Shown here: positions 1 through 9,359 of the stretch, one piece after another
Layout: the number at the start of each line of letters is the position of its first letter
Numbering within the stretch: position 1 is the stretch's first letter
Sequence record: SRR20825006_1429
DNA length: 38,933 nucleotides
Reading direction: 5' to 3' (one strand)
Position numbers and translations under genes: made by a program
Notes under the pieces: generated by a model
The model's database searches: none
Seen by the model: the letters and a program-made list of their open reading frames with translations, nothing else
What the model was told of the DNA's origin: nothing

Positions 1-790
<790 letters not shown>

Positions 791-791
<1 letters not shown>

Positions 792-1393
792 TATTTCTCT
801 TGATACAAGATATTGTGTACAGGTTTGAACGAACGTCTATGGTGTGGGGTCACACCAATTATCTGCAACGCCTCTCTGTGGCTTTTTGACGGATAACCCA
901 TGTTCGTTTCCCAGCCATAGCCCGGATGCTGTTGCGCCAAATCCACCATCAGCCGATCGCGCCTGATTTTTGCCACAATTGAGGCCGCCGCAATCGACAG
1001 GGACCGGGCGTCGCCCTTGATCACCGTGGTCGCCGCCAGGTTGAGTCCGCGCGGCACCATGTTCCCGTCAATCAGCACATGATCGGGCGGCACAGACAGG
1101 CCAGCAATCGCGCGCATCATGGCAATGTGCGAGGCGCGCAGGATGTTGTGTTCGTCAATTTCCTCGACCGAGGCACTGCCCACCGACACATCGGCCCGCG
1201 CCATCAACTCGGTATAAAGCGCCTCACGCCGCTTCGCGCTCAGCGCCTTTGAATCATTCAGCCCATCCGGGATATCATCGGGGTTCAGCACCACGGCGGC
1301 GGCCATCACCGGCCCCGCCAGCGGCCCGCGCCCCACTTCGTCCACGCCGGCCACGCGGCCCCCGATCTCAAGCTCGAATGAAAAATCCGGCAT
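791..1393 (-). CDS. rnhB: Ribonuclease HII
   Basis: AGVDEVGRGPLAGPV, LNDSK, LIDGN, IKGDARSLSIAAASIVAK, GYP and HRRSF motifs. Start placed at ATG 1393 (MPDFSFE) rather than the ORF-track start. Confidence 0.96.
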
Positions 1394-1409
1394 GGTCCAC
1401 GCCCCTTTG

Positions 1410-1444
1410 TTTCTTTTGGCCTCAAATATCCTCGCCGAAGGCGA
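1410..1444. repeat. Short dispersed intergenic repeat, copy 1 (TTTCTTTTGGC-NNN-AAATATCC followed by hairpin TCGCC-GAA-GGCGA)
   Basis: The 11-nt and 8-nt blocks recur with identical spacing at 35533-35554. Confidence 0.55.
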
Positions 1445-1498
1445 AAAACACACATTTCAAAGCACGGCACATACCGCAAGAACAGAGCGCCCTAAAGC

Positions 1499-1532
1499 AA
1501 AAGGGGCAAGGAGCCTTTCGGTCCTCGCCCCT
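1499..1532 (-). terminator. Rho-independent terminator downstream of gabD
   Basis: Minus strand AGGGGCGAGGA...TCCTTGCCCCT stem followed by a T run, ~25 nt after the gabD stop. Confidence 0.75.
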
Positions 1533-1555
1533 CGTTTCTCAGCGATCCTGATACC

Positions 1556-3034
1556 TCAGGCGTCCAACCCGCCAAAATGGAAGGCTTTGGTTTCAAGGTA
1601 CTCTTCGATCCCCTCCTGCGCGCCTTCGCGGCCCAGCCCCGAGGATTTCACGCCCCCGAACGGTGCTTCGGCGTGACTGACAACTCCGGTGTTCAGCCCA
1701 ACCAGCCCCACTTCCAACGCCTCGCCAAAGCGGAATGCGCGGGCCATGTTGGTGGTAAAGAAATAGGCCGCCAGACCAAAGGGCGTGCCGTTGGCAATCT
1801 CCAGCGCCTCGGCTTCGGTCTCGAACTTGAAGATCGGCGCCACGGGACCAAAGGTTTCCTCACCCGCCAGTTGCATGTCGGTGGTCGCTCCGGTCAGCAC
1901 AACAGGATCGGCGTAATGCGCACCCAGATCACGGGTCCTTGTCGCGCGGCTGGCCCCTTTGGACAGCGCGTCGTCCACATGGGCGTTGATCTTGGCGATG
2001 GCCGCGGCGTTGATCATCGGGCCGATCATCGTCCCCTCTGCCGTGCCGGGGCCAACCGTCAACGCATCCACACGTTTTGCCAGGGCCGCAACAAAAGCAT
2101 CGTGAATGCCCGACTGCACCAGAATGCGGTTTGCGCACACGCAGGTTTGCCCGCCGTTGCGGAATTTCGACAGCATCGCGCCCTCGACCGCCGCATCCAG
2201 GTCGGCGTCGTCAAACACGATGAATGGCGCGTTGCCGCCCAGCTCCAGCGACATTTTCTTCAGCGTCGGCGCGCATTGTTCTGCCAGCAATGCCCCAATG
2301 CGGGTCGATCCGGTGAATGACAGTTTGCGCACCACCGGCGATGCCGTCAGCGTCGCACCGATCACTTCGGGGCGACCTGTCAGGATGTTCAGCACACCTG
2401 CGGGAATGCCCGCCCGTTCGGCCAGCACACCCAGCGCCAGTGCGGAATAGGGCGTAAAGTCGGACGGCTTGATCACCATGGTACAGCCAGCGGCCAGCCC
2501 CGGTGCAACCTTGCGCGTGATCATCGCGTTGGGAAAATTCCACGGCGTGATGATCGCACAGACCCCAACGGGTTCCTTCATGGCAAACAGCTTCTTGCCC
2601 GCGACCGGCGACGGGATGATGTGCCCGTTGATCCGCCGTCCCTCTTCGGCGAACCAGCGCACAAAGGATGCGCCATAAAGGATCTCGCCGCGCGCCTCTG
2701 CCAGTGGTTTGCCTTGCTCTGCGGTCAGGATTTGCGCCAGATCGTCGGCATGATCCAGCATCAGCTGATACCAGACCATCAGAATGTCAGCCCGCTCCGC
2801 GTGGGTGCGCGCGCGCCAGCCTTTCATCGCCTGTTCAGCGGCAGCAATGGCGGCGGTGGTTTCCTCGGCGGTGCTGTCGGGCATATGCCCCATCACGTCC
2901 CCTGTCGCAGGGTTGGTGACGGGCATATCGGCGCGGGCAATCCACTTGCCGTCGATCAGCGCGGCCTCGCGGAACAGATCGGGGTCAGCCAGACGGCTGC
3001 GCAGGTCGGCGGTGATGGGGTGGTGCACGGTCAT
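1556..3034 (-). CDS. gabD: NAD(P)-dependent succinate-semialdehyde dehydrogenase
   Basis: ITPWNFPNAMITRK, SFTGST, LELGGNAPF, FRNGGQTCVC, EETFGP and PFGGVKSSGLGREG. Start placed at ATG 3034 (MTVHHP), next to the upstream gene's stop. Confidence 0.92.
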   Translation of the reverse strand: MTVHHPITADLRSRLADPDLFREAALIDGKWIARADMPVTNPATGDVMGHMPDSTAEETTAAIAAAEQAMKGWRARTHAERADILMVWYQLMLDHADDLAQILTAEQGKPLAEARGEILYGASFVRWFAEEGRRINGHIIPSPVAGKKLFAMKEPVGVCAIITPWNFPNAMITRKVAPGLAAGCTMVIKPSDFTPYSALALGVLAERAGIPAGVLNILTGRPEVIGATLTASPVVRKLSFTGSTRIGALLAEQCAPTLKKMSLELGGNAPFIVFDDADLDAAVEGAMLSKFRNGGQTCVCANRILVQSGIHDAFVAALAKRVDALTVGPGTAEGTMIGPMINAAAIAKINAHVDDALSKGASRATRTRDLGAHYADPVVLTGATTDMQLAGEETFGPVAPIFKFETEAEALEIANGTPFGLAAYFFTTNMARAFRFGEALEVGLVGLNTGVVSHAEAPFGGVKSSGLGREGAQEGIEEYLETKAFHFGGLDA

Positions 3035-3036
3035 GT

Positions 3037-4083
3037 TCAAACCTCCAGCGCGGCGCAAATGGCCGCTGTTATGTCATCGGTTGTGTTCTGGCCCTGACGC
3101 GTGCCGATCCCCTTGGCGGTTGCGGCTTCGATCGCGCCCAGCACGGCGGCGGCGGCGTCTGTCTCGCCCAGATGCTCCAGCATCTGCGCACCGGACCAGA
3201 TCGCGGCAATCGGGTTGGCAATGTTCTTGCCCGCAATATCGGGGGCCGACCCGTGCACGGGTTCAAACATCGACGGGCCAGAGCGGTCGGGGCAAATGTT
3301 GGCCGAGGCGGCAAAGCCCAGACCGCCCTGAATGGCAGCCCCCAGATCGGTCAGGATGTCACCAAACAGGTTCGACGCCACGACCACGTCCAGATCTTGC
3401 GGGTTCATCACCATCTTTGCCGCCATCGCGTCGATGTGCATGTGGCTGACGGTCACCTCGGGGTATTCGGCGGCCAGTTCGCGCGTGACCTCGTCCCAGA
3501 ACACCATCGAATATTTCTGCGCGTTTGATTTCGTCACCGACGTCAGATGCTTGCGCCGCGCCTGTGCCTGTTCAAAGCCGAACCGCAGGATCCGTTCAAC
3601 GCCCACGCGGGTGAATACGGACGTCTCTACAGCAACCTCGTTGCCCTTGCCCTGATGCACGCGCCCGCCGGCACCGGAATATTCGCCTTCGGTGTTTTCG
3701 CGGATGCACAGGATGTCGAACTCGGACGCCTTCAACGGCCCCTCGACCCCCGCCAACAGACGGTGGGGGCGGATGTTGGCGTATTGGTCAAACGCCTTGC
3801 GGATCGGCAGCAGCAGCCCGTGCAGCGACACCGAGTCCGGCACCGTGTCGGGCCAGCCAACGGCGCCCAGAAAGATCGCATCAAAGCCGCGCAGGGTTTC
3901 GATCCCGTCTGCGGGCATCATCGCGCCGGTCTTGACGTAATAGTCGCAGGACCACGGAAAGGTCTGCGGCTCCAGTGCAAAGCCGAACCGTTTGGCCGCA
4001 ACGTCCAGCACGGTCATCGCCGCGTCGGTCACGTCAACGCCGATGCCGTCACCGGGGATCAATGCGAGTTTGTAAGTGGTCAT
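3037..4083 (-). CDS. Tartrate dehydrogenase / decarboxylating D-malate dehydrogenase (TtuC/DmlA-like, isocitrate/isopropylmalate DH family)
   Basis: IPGDGIG, GAVGWP, DQYANIRP, RENTEGEYS, TKSN, NLFGDILTDL and SMFEPVHGSAPDIAG; SD GAAGGAG upstream. Confidence 0.88.
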   Translation of the reverse strand: MTTYKLALIPGDGIGVDVTDAAMTVLDVAAKRFGFALEPQTFPWSCDYYVKTGAMMPADGIETLRGFDAIFLGAVGWPDTVPDSVSLHGLLLPIRKAFDQYANIRPHRLLAGVEGPLKASEFDILCIRENTEGEYSGAGGRVHQGKGNEVAVETSVFTRVGVERILRFGFEQAQARRKHLTSVTKSNAQKYSMVFWDEVTRELAAEYPEVTVSHMHIDAMAAKMVMNPQDLDVVVASNLFGDILTDLGAAIQGGLGFAASANICPDRSGPSMFEPVHGSAPDIAGKNIANPIAAIWSGAQMLEHLGETDAAAAVLGAIEAATAKGIGTRQGQNTTDDITAAICAALEV

Positions 4084-4113
4084 GTCGTTCTCCTTCAGAG
4101 TGCCCGATCCGTG

Positions 4114-5577
4114 TTACAGGTCGATCAGCACCGATTTCTTGCGCCGGTTGGCGTGATAGGCCTCGCGACCCAGATCGTGGCCCAGCCCGCTGGATTTCCA
4201 GCCGGTCGTGGGCAGTATGTGATCGCGCGAGCGGCCATATCTGTTCACCCAGACCGTCCCCGCCTCAAGCTTGCGTGTCAGCCGCATCGCACGGCTGAGG
4301 TCGCGTGTGAACAGGCCTGCGCACAAGCCATAGGTGGCGTGGTGGGCCAGAGCCATAGCCTCGTCTTCGGAAGCGAAGGTCTGGAACGTCGCCACGGGGC
4401 CGAAAATTTCCTCACGCACCGCTGGGTTGGTGTCATCCACGCCGGTGATCAACGTCGGCTGGTAATAGCTGCCTTCGTGGTCAAATCGCGCAGCGCCGCA
4501 CAGCATCTCGGCACCTTGCGCGCCCGATGCCTGCACGATGCCGTCGATCCGGCGCAGTTGCGTTTCCGAAATGATCGGGGAAAACCCCGGCTCGGCTGCG
4601 AAAGTGTCTGCCGGACGGTAGCGCGCAAATCGCTGGGTCAGCTTGGCCGCCAGTTCGTCAGCCACCTCCTGCGCCACGATCATCCGCGAGCCGGACACAC
4701 AGGCCTGGCCCGCGTTGGACATGATCCCGCGGTCCAGGCAATCCGCCGCCAGATCCAGATCGGCGTCGGCAAAGACCACCATCGGGCTTTTGCCTCCCAG
4801 CTCCAGCGTCATCGGCTTGATGCCGGTGCGCGCGATGTTTTCCATGATGGCCCCGCCCGCGCGGGTCGAACCTGTGAACGACACCTTGTCGATGCCCGCA
4901 TGTCCTGTGATGGCGGCCCCAGTGGTCAGGCCATCGCCCAGCACCACGTTGAAAATGCCCGCAGGAATGCCCGCCCGCACTGCCAGTTCGGCCATGAACA
5001 GGGTGGAATAGGGCGTCATCTCGGACGGCTTCAGCACCACGGCATTGCCTGCGGCCAGCGCCGGTCCCAGTTTCCAGCCCGCCATCGAGATCGGGAAATT
5101 CCACGGTGTAATAGCGCCGATCACGCCGTAAGGTTCATCCGCGATATAGCCAAAGTGGCTGTCCGACACCGGTGCCAGCGCGCCGCATTCCTTGTCCGCA
5201 AGCTCGGCAAAGAACCGGATTTGTTCAGCCGTCACCACGATGTCACCTGTCAGCACGTGTGCATAGGGACGTGACGAACAGATCGCTTCAAGTCCCGCCA
5301 GCGTTTCGGCTTCGGCTTCCATCAGATCGGCCCAGGCGCACAGGGCGCGCGTCCGTTCACGGGGCTGCATCCCGCCCCAGTTCGACGTGGCCAGCGCCGT
5401 GCGCGCAGATTGAACAGCGCGGTCCACCACATCCACATCTGCGCAGGGGATTTCCCCGATGATTGCACCGGTGGACGGCGACACGACGTTCAGCGCCGCA
5501 GCGCCAGCGACATATTCTCCGCCGATAAAATGCGCATTGGGAAGGGTCAGATCGCTGGGGTCATAGGCAAAGGACAT
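4114..5577 (-). CDS. Aldehyde dehydrogenase (PuuC/aminoaldehyde DH-like)
   Basis: ITPWNFP, LKPSE, SFTGST, LELGGKSP, NAGQACVSG and EEIFGPV. Start ATG 5577 (MSFAYDP) with GAGG SD. Confidence 0.9.
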   Translation of the reverse strand: MSFAYDPSDLTLPNAHFIGGEYVAGAAALNVVSPSTGAIIGEIPCADVDVVDRAVQSARTALATSNWGGMQPRERTRALCAWADLMEAEAETLAGLEAICSSRPYAHVLTGDIVVTAEQIRFFAELADKECGALAPVSDSHFGYIADEPYGVIGAITPWNFPISMAGWKLGPALAAGNAVVLKPSEMTPYSTLFMAELAVRAGIPAGIFNVVLGDGLTTGAAITGHAGIDKVSFTGSTRAGGAIMENIARTGIKPMTLELGGKSPMVVFADADLDLAADCLDRGIMSNAGQACVSGSRMIVAQEVADELAAKLTQRFARYRPADTFAAEPGFSPIISETQLRRIDGIVQASGAQGAEMLCGAARFDHEGSYYQPTLITGVDDTNPAVREEIFGPVATFQTFASEDEAMALAHHATYGLCAGLFTRDLSRAMRLTRKLEAGTVWVNRYGRSRDHILPTTGWKSSGLGHDLGREAYHANRRKKSVLIDL

Positions 5578-5692
5578 CGGGCACCTCGTGTTGCTAGAAT
5601 TACGTACATGATCGCCGGGAGTATGTACAAACGGGTGCCGAAAGTGCCGGTTGCCCGGCATCATCCGCCATCAGACTGTCGGCGGCAGCAGA

Positions 5693-7066
5693 TTATTTCG
5701 TGCGCGCATCCGGTGCCTTCTCCAGATAGGCGCTGATCGGCGCCGGACGCACGGGTGGCTGGCTGCGCAACCGTCCGATCTTGGCGACCGAAACGCCGGA
5801 TTCGGCGGCCAGAATCTCGGCTCCGGCAAGCTGGCAATAGCGCCCCTGACACCGTCCCATGCCGACACGCGACAAGGATTTCGCGCGGTTCGCTTCGGGG
5901 CCGGACAGGGACAAAGTTGTGCGCAGGTCGCCAACGCTGATGCCTTCGCAACGGCACAGGACAGTGTCTGCGGGCAGCGCACGGACCATCTGCGCAGGCC
6001 ACGGAAACGCCCGCTGCATGGCGCTGGCAAAGCGTTGCATCCGGCGCAATTCCTTCAACTCGCGGCCCGTGTCGGGGGCAGCCATCCCGAGGTCCTGCAA
6101 ACAGGCGCTGGCAGCGATTTTTCCGGCCAGTTCCGCGCCATCTGCGCCCAGTATCCGCATCCCGTCACCTGCCAGGTACACGCCCGCAGCGGCACGGCCC
6201 ATGGCATCTGTTTCGGGCAGCCATTGGTGAGACACCTGATCCCAAGCCATTGAAACACCTGCAAGATCGGTGAGGTGTGTTTCGGCTCTGAGATGCCAGC
6301 CCAGGCCCACCATATCGCAGGACGTAGCGTGGTCACGCCCCCGCGCATCCTGCCAGTGGATCGCCGTCGGCCCCGTGGTGTCCGTCACGATCCGCGTCAG
6401 CGTGACGCCTGCGTGATAGCTGCGCCCCAGACCCGCCCGCAGTGCGGCACCGCGCAAAGTGACACGGGGGCGTGCCAGCGCCATGCCAAAGGCGCCCGCC
6501 GCCTGTGTGGTCAGCGGCGCGGTGTCCAGCACCGCCACAACCTGTGCGCCCGCCTTGCGCAGTTGTGACGCGACAAGCGTCAGCAATGGTCCCGATCCGG
6601 CCAGAACCATGCGCCGTCCCAGCGCCACGCCCTGCGATTTCAGCGCGATCTGCGTCGCGCCCAGTGAATAGACGCCCGCGCTTTGCCACCCCGGAACCGG
6701 TGCCAGCCTGTCGGTGGCACCTGTCGCAAGGATCAGCTTGTCATATTCAATGGTCTCGACACCCTGCGGCCCCAGAACCTGCGCCGCCTGCCCTTCCAAT
6801 GCGACGACGGAACTGCGCGGATGATAGCTGAGTTGCGCCGCCTCAAGCATGCTGTCGAAACAGCCGTGCAGGGCGACGGCCTTGTCCGCCTCTGATCCGT
6901 AGAGCGTCCGGGCGGGGCGCTTGAACCCCTCGGGCGGGCGGCGATAGATCTGGCCACCGGCCCTCGTGCCCTCGTCCACGACAACGGGATGCAAGCCCGC
7001 TGCCACCAACCGCTGCGCCGCGCGGATACCTGCGGGGCCTGCGCCGACGATCAGCACCCGTGTCAT
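5693..7066 (-). CDS. Opine oxidase subunit A / HcnB-like NAD(P)/FAD oxidoreductase with C-terminal BFD-like [2Fe-2S] domain
   Basis: IVGAGPAG, GGQIYR, LATGATDR and YLAGDG; C-terminal CRCE...GMGRCQGRYC. Confidence 0.85.
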   Translation of the reverse strand: MTRVLIVGAGPAGIRAAQRLVAAGLHPVVVDEGTRAGGQIYRRPPEGFKRPARTLYGSEADKAVALHGCFDSMLEAAQLSYHPRSSVVALEGQAAQVLGPQGVETIEYDKLILATGATDRLAPVPGWQSAGVYSLGATQIALKSQGVALGRRMVLAGSGPLLTLVASQLRKAGAQVVAVLDTAPLTTQAAGAFGMALARPRVTLRGAALRAGLGRSYHAGVTLTRIVTDTTGPTAIHWQDARGRDHATSCDMVGLGWHLRAETHLTDLAGVSMAWDQVSHQWLPETDAMGRAAAGVYLAGDGMRILGADGAELAGKIAASACLQDLGMAAPDTGRELKELRRMQRFASAMQRAFPWPAQMVRALPADTVLCRCEGISVGDLRTTLSLSGPEANRAKSLSRVGMGRCQGRYCQLAGAEILAAESGVSVAKIGRLRSQPPVRPAPISAYLEKAPDARTK

Positions 7067-7377
7067 GGCGCGTCACCGGTTGCGGGCCATGCATCCGTCG
7101 CGGCGGACCGCAGACGCATGCCCGCTTGCAACGCGGTCGAGCACGCCCGCAGGCGCACGCCGTCCTCCTGCCAGATCCAGCAGTCCTGACAGGCCCCCAT
7201 CAGGCAAAAGCCGGACCGCTGTTCGGGGCCGAATTCGGCCTGTCGCAAGGCGCCGCGTTCCGCCAGAATCGCCGTCAGCACGGTGTCTCCTGCCAGCCCC
7301 GTCATCACCACCCCGTCAAAGGTGAACGACACCTTCGGGCGCGCCGTTTCAGCCAGCCGGACAAGCCGTCCTGTCAT
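7063..7377 (-). CDS. [2Fe-2S] subunit (HcnA / opine oxidase small subunit-like)
   Basis: GDTVLTA...FCLMGACQDC...RAC; 4-nt overlaps with both neighbours. Confidence 0.85.
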   Translation of the reverse strand: MTGRLVRLAETARPKVSFTFDGVVMTGLAGDTVLTAILAERGALRQAEFGPEQRSGFCLMGACQDCWIWQEDGVRLRACSTALQAGMRLRSAATDAWPATGDAP

Positions 7378-9359
7378 TCCGCAGCCTCTTTCAGGGGCGC
7401 CGCATGGGGCAGCGCGGGGAACCGTTCGCAGACCTCGGCGAAGGCTGCGGTGACACCTTCGGGCCCTTTGCGGCCTTTCATCCGGCGGAAAATCTCGGTC
7501 TTGGTGAAGAACCGCCAGTGGATCGGCAGGTCCGCCAGGATTTGGGTCAGCAGGTCATAGGCCGCATCGGTCCACTGTGCCTCGTAACCGTTGCGTTCGG
7601 GGCCAAAGTGGAAATGCTGGGTGTGGGGCGTCATGGACGCGCGCAGTGCTGTGGTCGCGTCTTCGTCCACCACGCCGTCGGTGATGACCACGCCATATTC
7701 ACGGCGGGCTGCATCGACCGAGACATAGCCACCAACGACATCCCGCGCGACCCGTGCAGTCGGTCGCTGCAACGGATCACCGCGCCCGCCACCACCGGCC
7801 GAGCGGATTTCAAGCACGTCGCCCGGCTCCAGAATTGCGGTGTCGACATTGCCCAAAGGCCGCGCCTGTGGCGTGCCGGGGTTGATCATCATGTCGGACA
7901 GACCTGCCGCATGGCCGCCAAGAGTACCCCACGGGCGAAAGAACGACCGGTCTCGGTTGCGTGCGGTGATGCGCGTGTCGGGGGAAAAGACACGGAACGC
8001 CATTTCGGTCGCCAGCCCGCCGCGCCAGTACCCTGCCCCGCCGCTGTCCTGGGCCAGACCGTATTTCACGAACTCCACCGGCACCTCGGTCTCGGTGATC
8101 TCGATGGGTGTGTTTTTCAGGTAAGCGGCATCCGCACCCGACCCGTTCGACCCGTCCCGATGCGGCATCCCGCCACCGCCGCCGACCACCGGATTGACGG
8201 CGGCAATCACCGTCTTCTGCGTGCGCTCGTCGCGTGTCATCACGTTGACGATGCAGTTGTTGCCAGCAGGCGCTGCGGGCATCCTGTCGGGAACAGCCTG
8301 CGAGAACGCTCCGAAGATCACCGACCGCAGCCGCGCGCAGGTCAGCGACCGCATGCCCACGGCGGCAGGTTCCACGGGGTTCAGAACGGTGCCTTCGGGT
8401 GCAATGCAGGTAAAGGGCCGCGTCATGCCCGAATTCAGCAACAGACGCGGGTTGAGCGTGTAAAGCACATAATAGACCCCCACCAACAGGATGGTATGAC
8501 GCGGGTTGCCGCCCGACGGCACGTTCAGCGACGACGCCAGTTGCGGGTCCGACCCGGTAAAGTCCAGCACGGCGCTGTCATCGGTGATCCGCAGCGTCAG
8601 CTTCAGGCGGCATGGGTTCGCCTCGTCGCTGTCTTCGTCGGCATAGTCGGCAAAGACGTATTCACCGTCGGGTACTGCCCTGAGAATGTCACGCGCCTGC
8701 GCCTCGGACTGATCCATCAGCGCGCTGACGCCTTGCAGGAACCCGGTCTTGCCAAAGCGCGCGATCATCGCCTGCACCTTGCGCTCGCCCGTGCTGAGCG
8801 CGCCGGCCAGTGCCTTGATGTCACCGATGTTCAGCGCGGGCTTGCGCACGTTGGTTTCCATGATCCGCAGGATTTGCGGGTCAAAGACGCCCTCGTTCAC
8901 CAGCTTCATCGGGGGAAAGCGGATGCCTTCCTGATGAATCTCGGTCAGCGAGCGGGACAGCGATGCAGGCACCGCACCGCCCATGTCGGTGTTGTGGATG
9001 TGCCCACCTGCAAAGGCGACGATATCGTCACCGTCAAAGATCGGACGCCACAGGTGCGTGTCCGGTGTGTGGGTGGCGACCTGACCGGAATAGGGGTCGT
9101 TGGTAAACGCCACGTCGCCCGGGCGGTAATCATCGACCATGTTGATCGCCGATCCGTGGGACAGGCCGGGATACCAGGTGGCCCCCAGATCCATGGGGAC
9201 GGCAAAGGTGTCGCCGATCTTGTCCATCAGCAGAACGGTAAAGTCCTGCGTTTCCTTGACAAAGGCGGAATGCGCGGTGCGGTGCAGGGTGTGGGCCATG
9301 TTTTCGGCAGCGGCGCGCGCGTGGTTGGCCAGCACCTGAAGGGTCATTTTATCAGACAT
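7374..9359 (-). CDS. Hydantoinase B / 5-oxoprolinase family subunit
   Basis: RTAHSAFVKETQDF, TNDPY, THTPD, HNTDMGGAVPAS, EIHQEG, DFTGSDPQ, NTPIEITE and GGGGRGDPLQR. Confidence 0.92.
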   Translation of the reverse strand: MSDKMTLQVLANHARAAAENMAHTLHRTAHSAFVKETQDFTVLLMDKIGDTFAVPMDLGATWYPGLSHGSAINMVDDYRPGDVAFTNDPYSGQVATHTPDTHLWRPIFDGDDIVAFAGGHIHNTDMGGAVPASLSRSLTEIHQEGIRFPPMKLVNEGVFDPQILRIMETNVRKPALNIGDIKALAGALSTGERKVQAMIARFGKTGFLQGVSALMDQSEAQARDILRAVPDGEYVFADYADEDSDEANPCRLKLTLRITDDSAVLDFTGSDPQLASSLNVPSGGNPRHTILLVGVYYVLYTLNPRLLLNSGMTRPFTCIAPEGTVLNPVEPAAVGMRSLTCARLRSVIFGAFSQAVPDRMPAAPAGNNCIVNVMTRDERTQKTVIAAVNPVVGGGGGMPHRDGSNGSGADAAYLKNTPIEITETEVPVEFVKYGLAQDSGGAGYWRGGLATEMAFRVFSPDTRITARNRDRSFFRPWGTLGGHAAGLSDMMINPGTPQARPLGNVDTAILEPGDVLEIRSAGGGGRGDPLQRPTARVARDVVGGYVSVDAARREYGVVITDGVVDEDATTALRASMTPHTQHFHFGPERNGYEAQWTDAAYDLLTQILADLPIHWRFFTKTEIFRRMKGRKGPEGVTAAFAEVCERFPALPHAAPLKEAAE

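Noticed and set aside
3547-5274. 575-aa plus-strand ORF
   Set aside because: Antisense shadow of the tartrate DH and aldehyde DH genes; no motifs; typical of high-GC codon bias.
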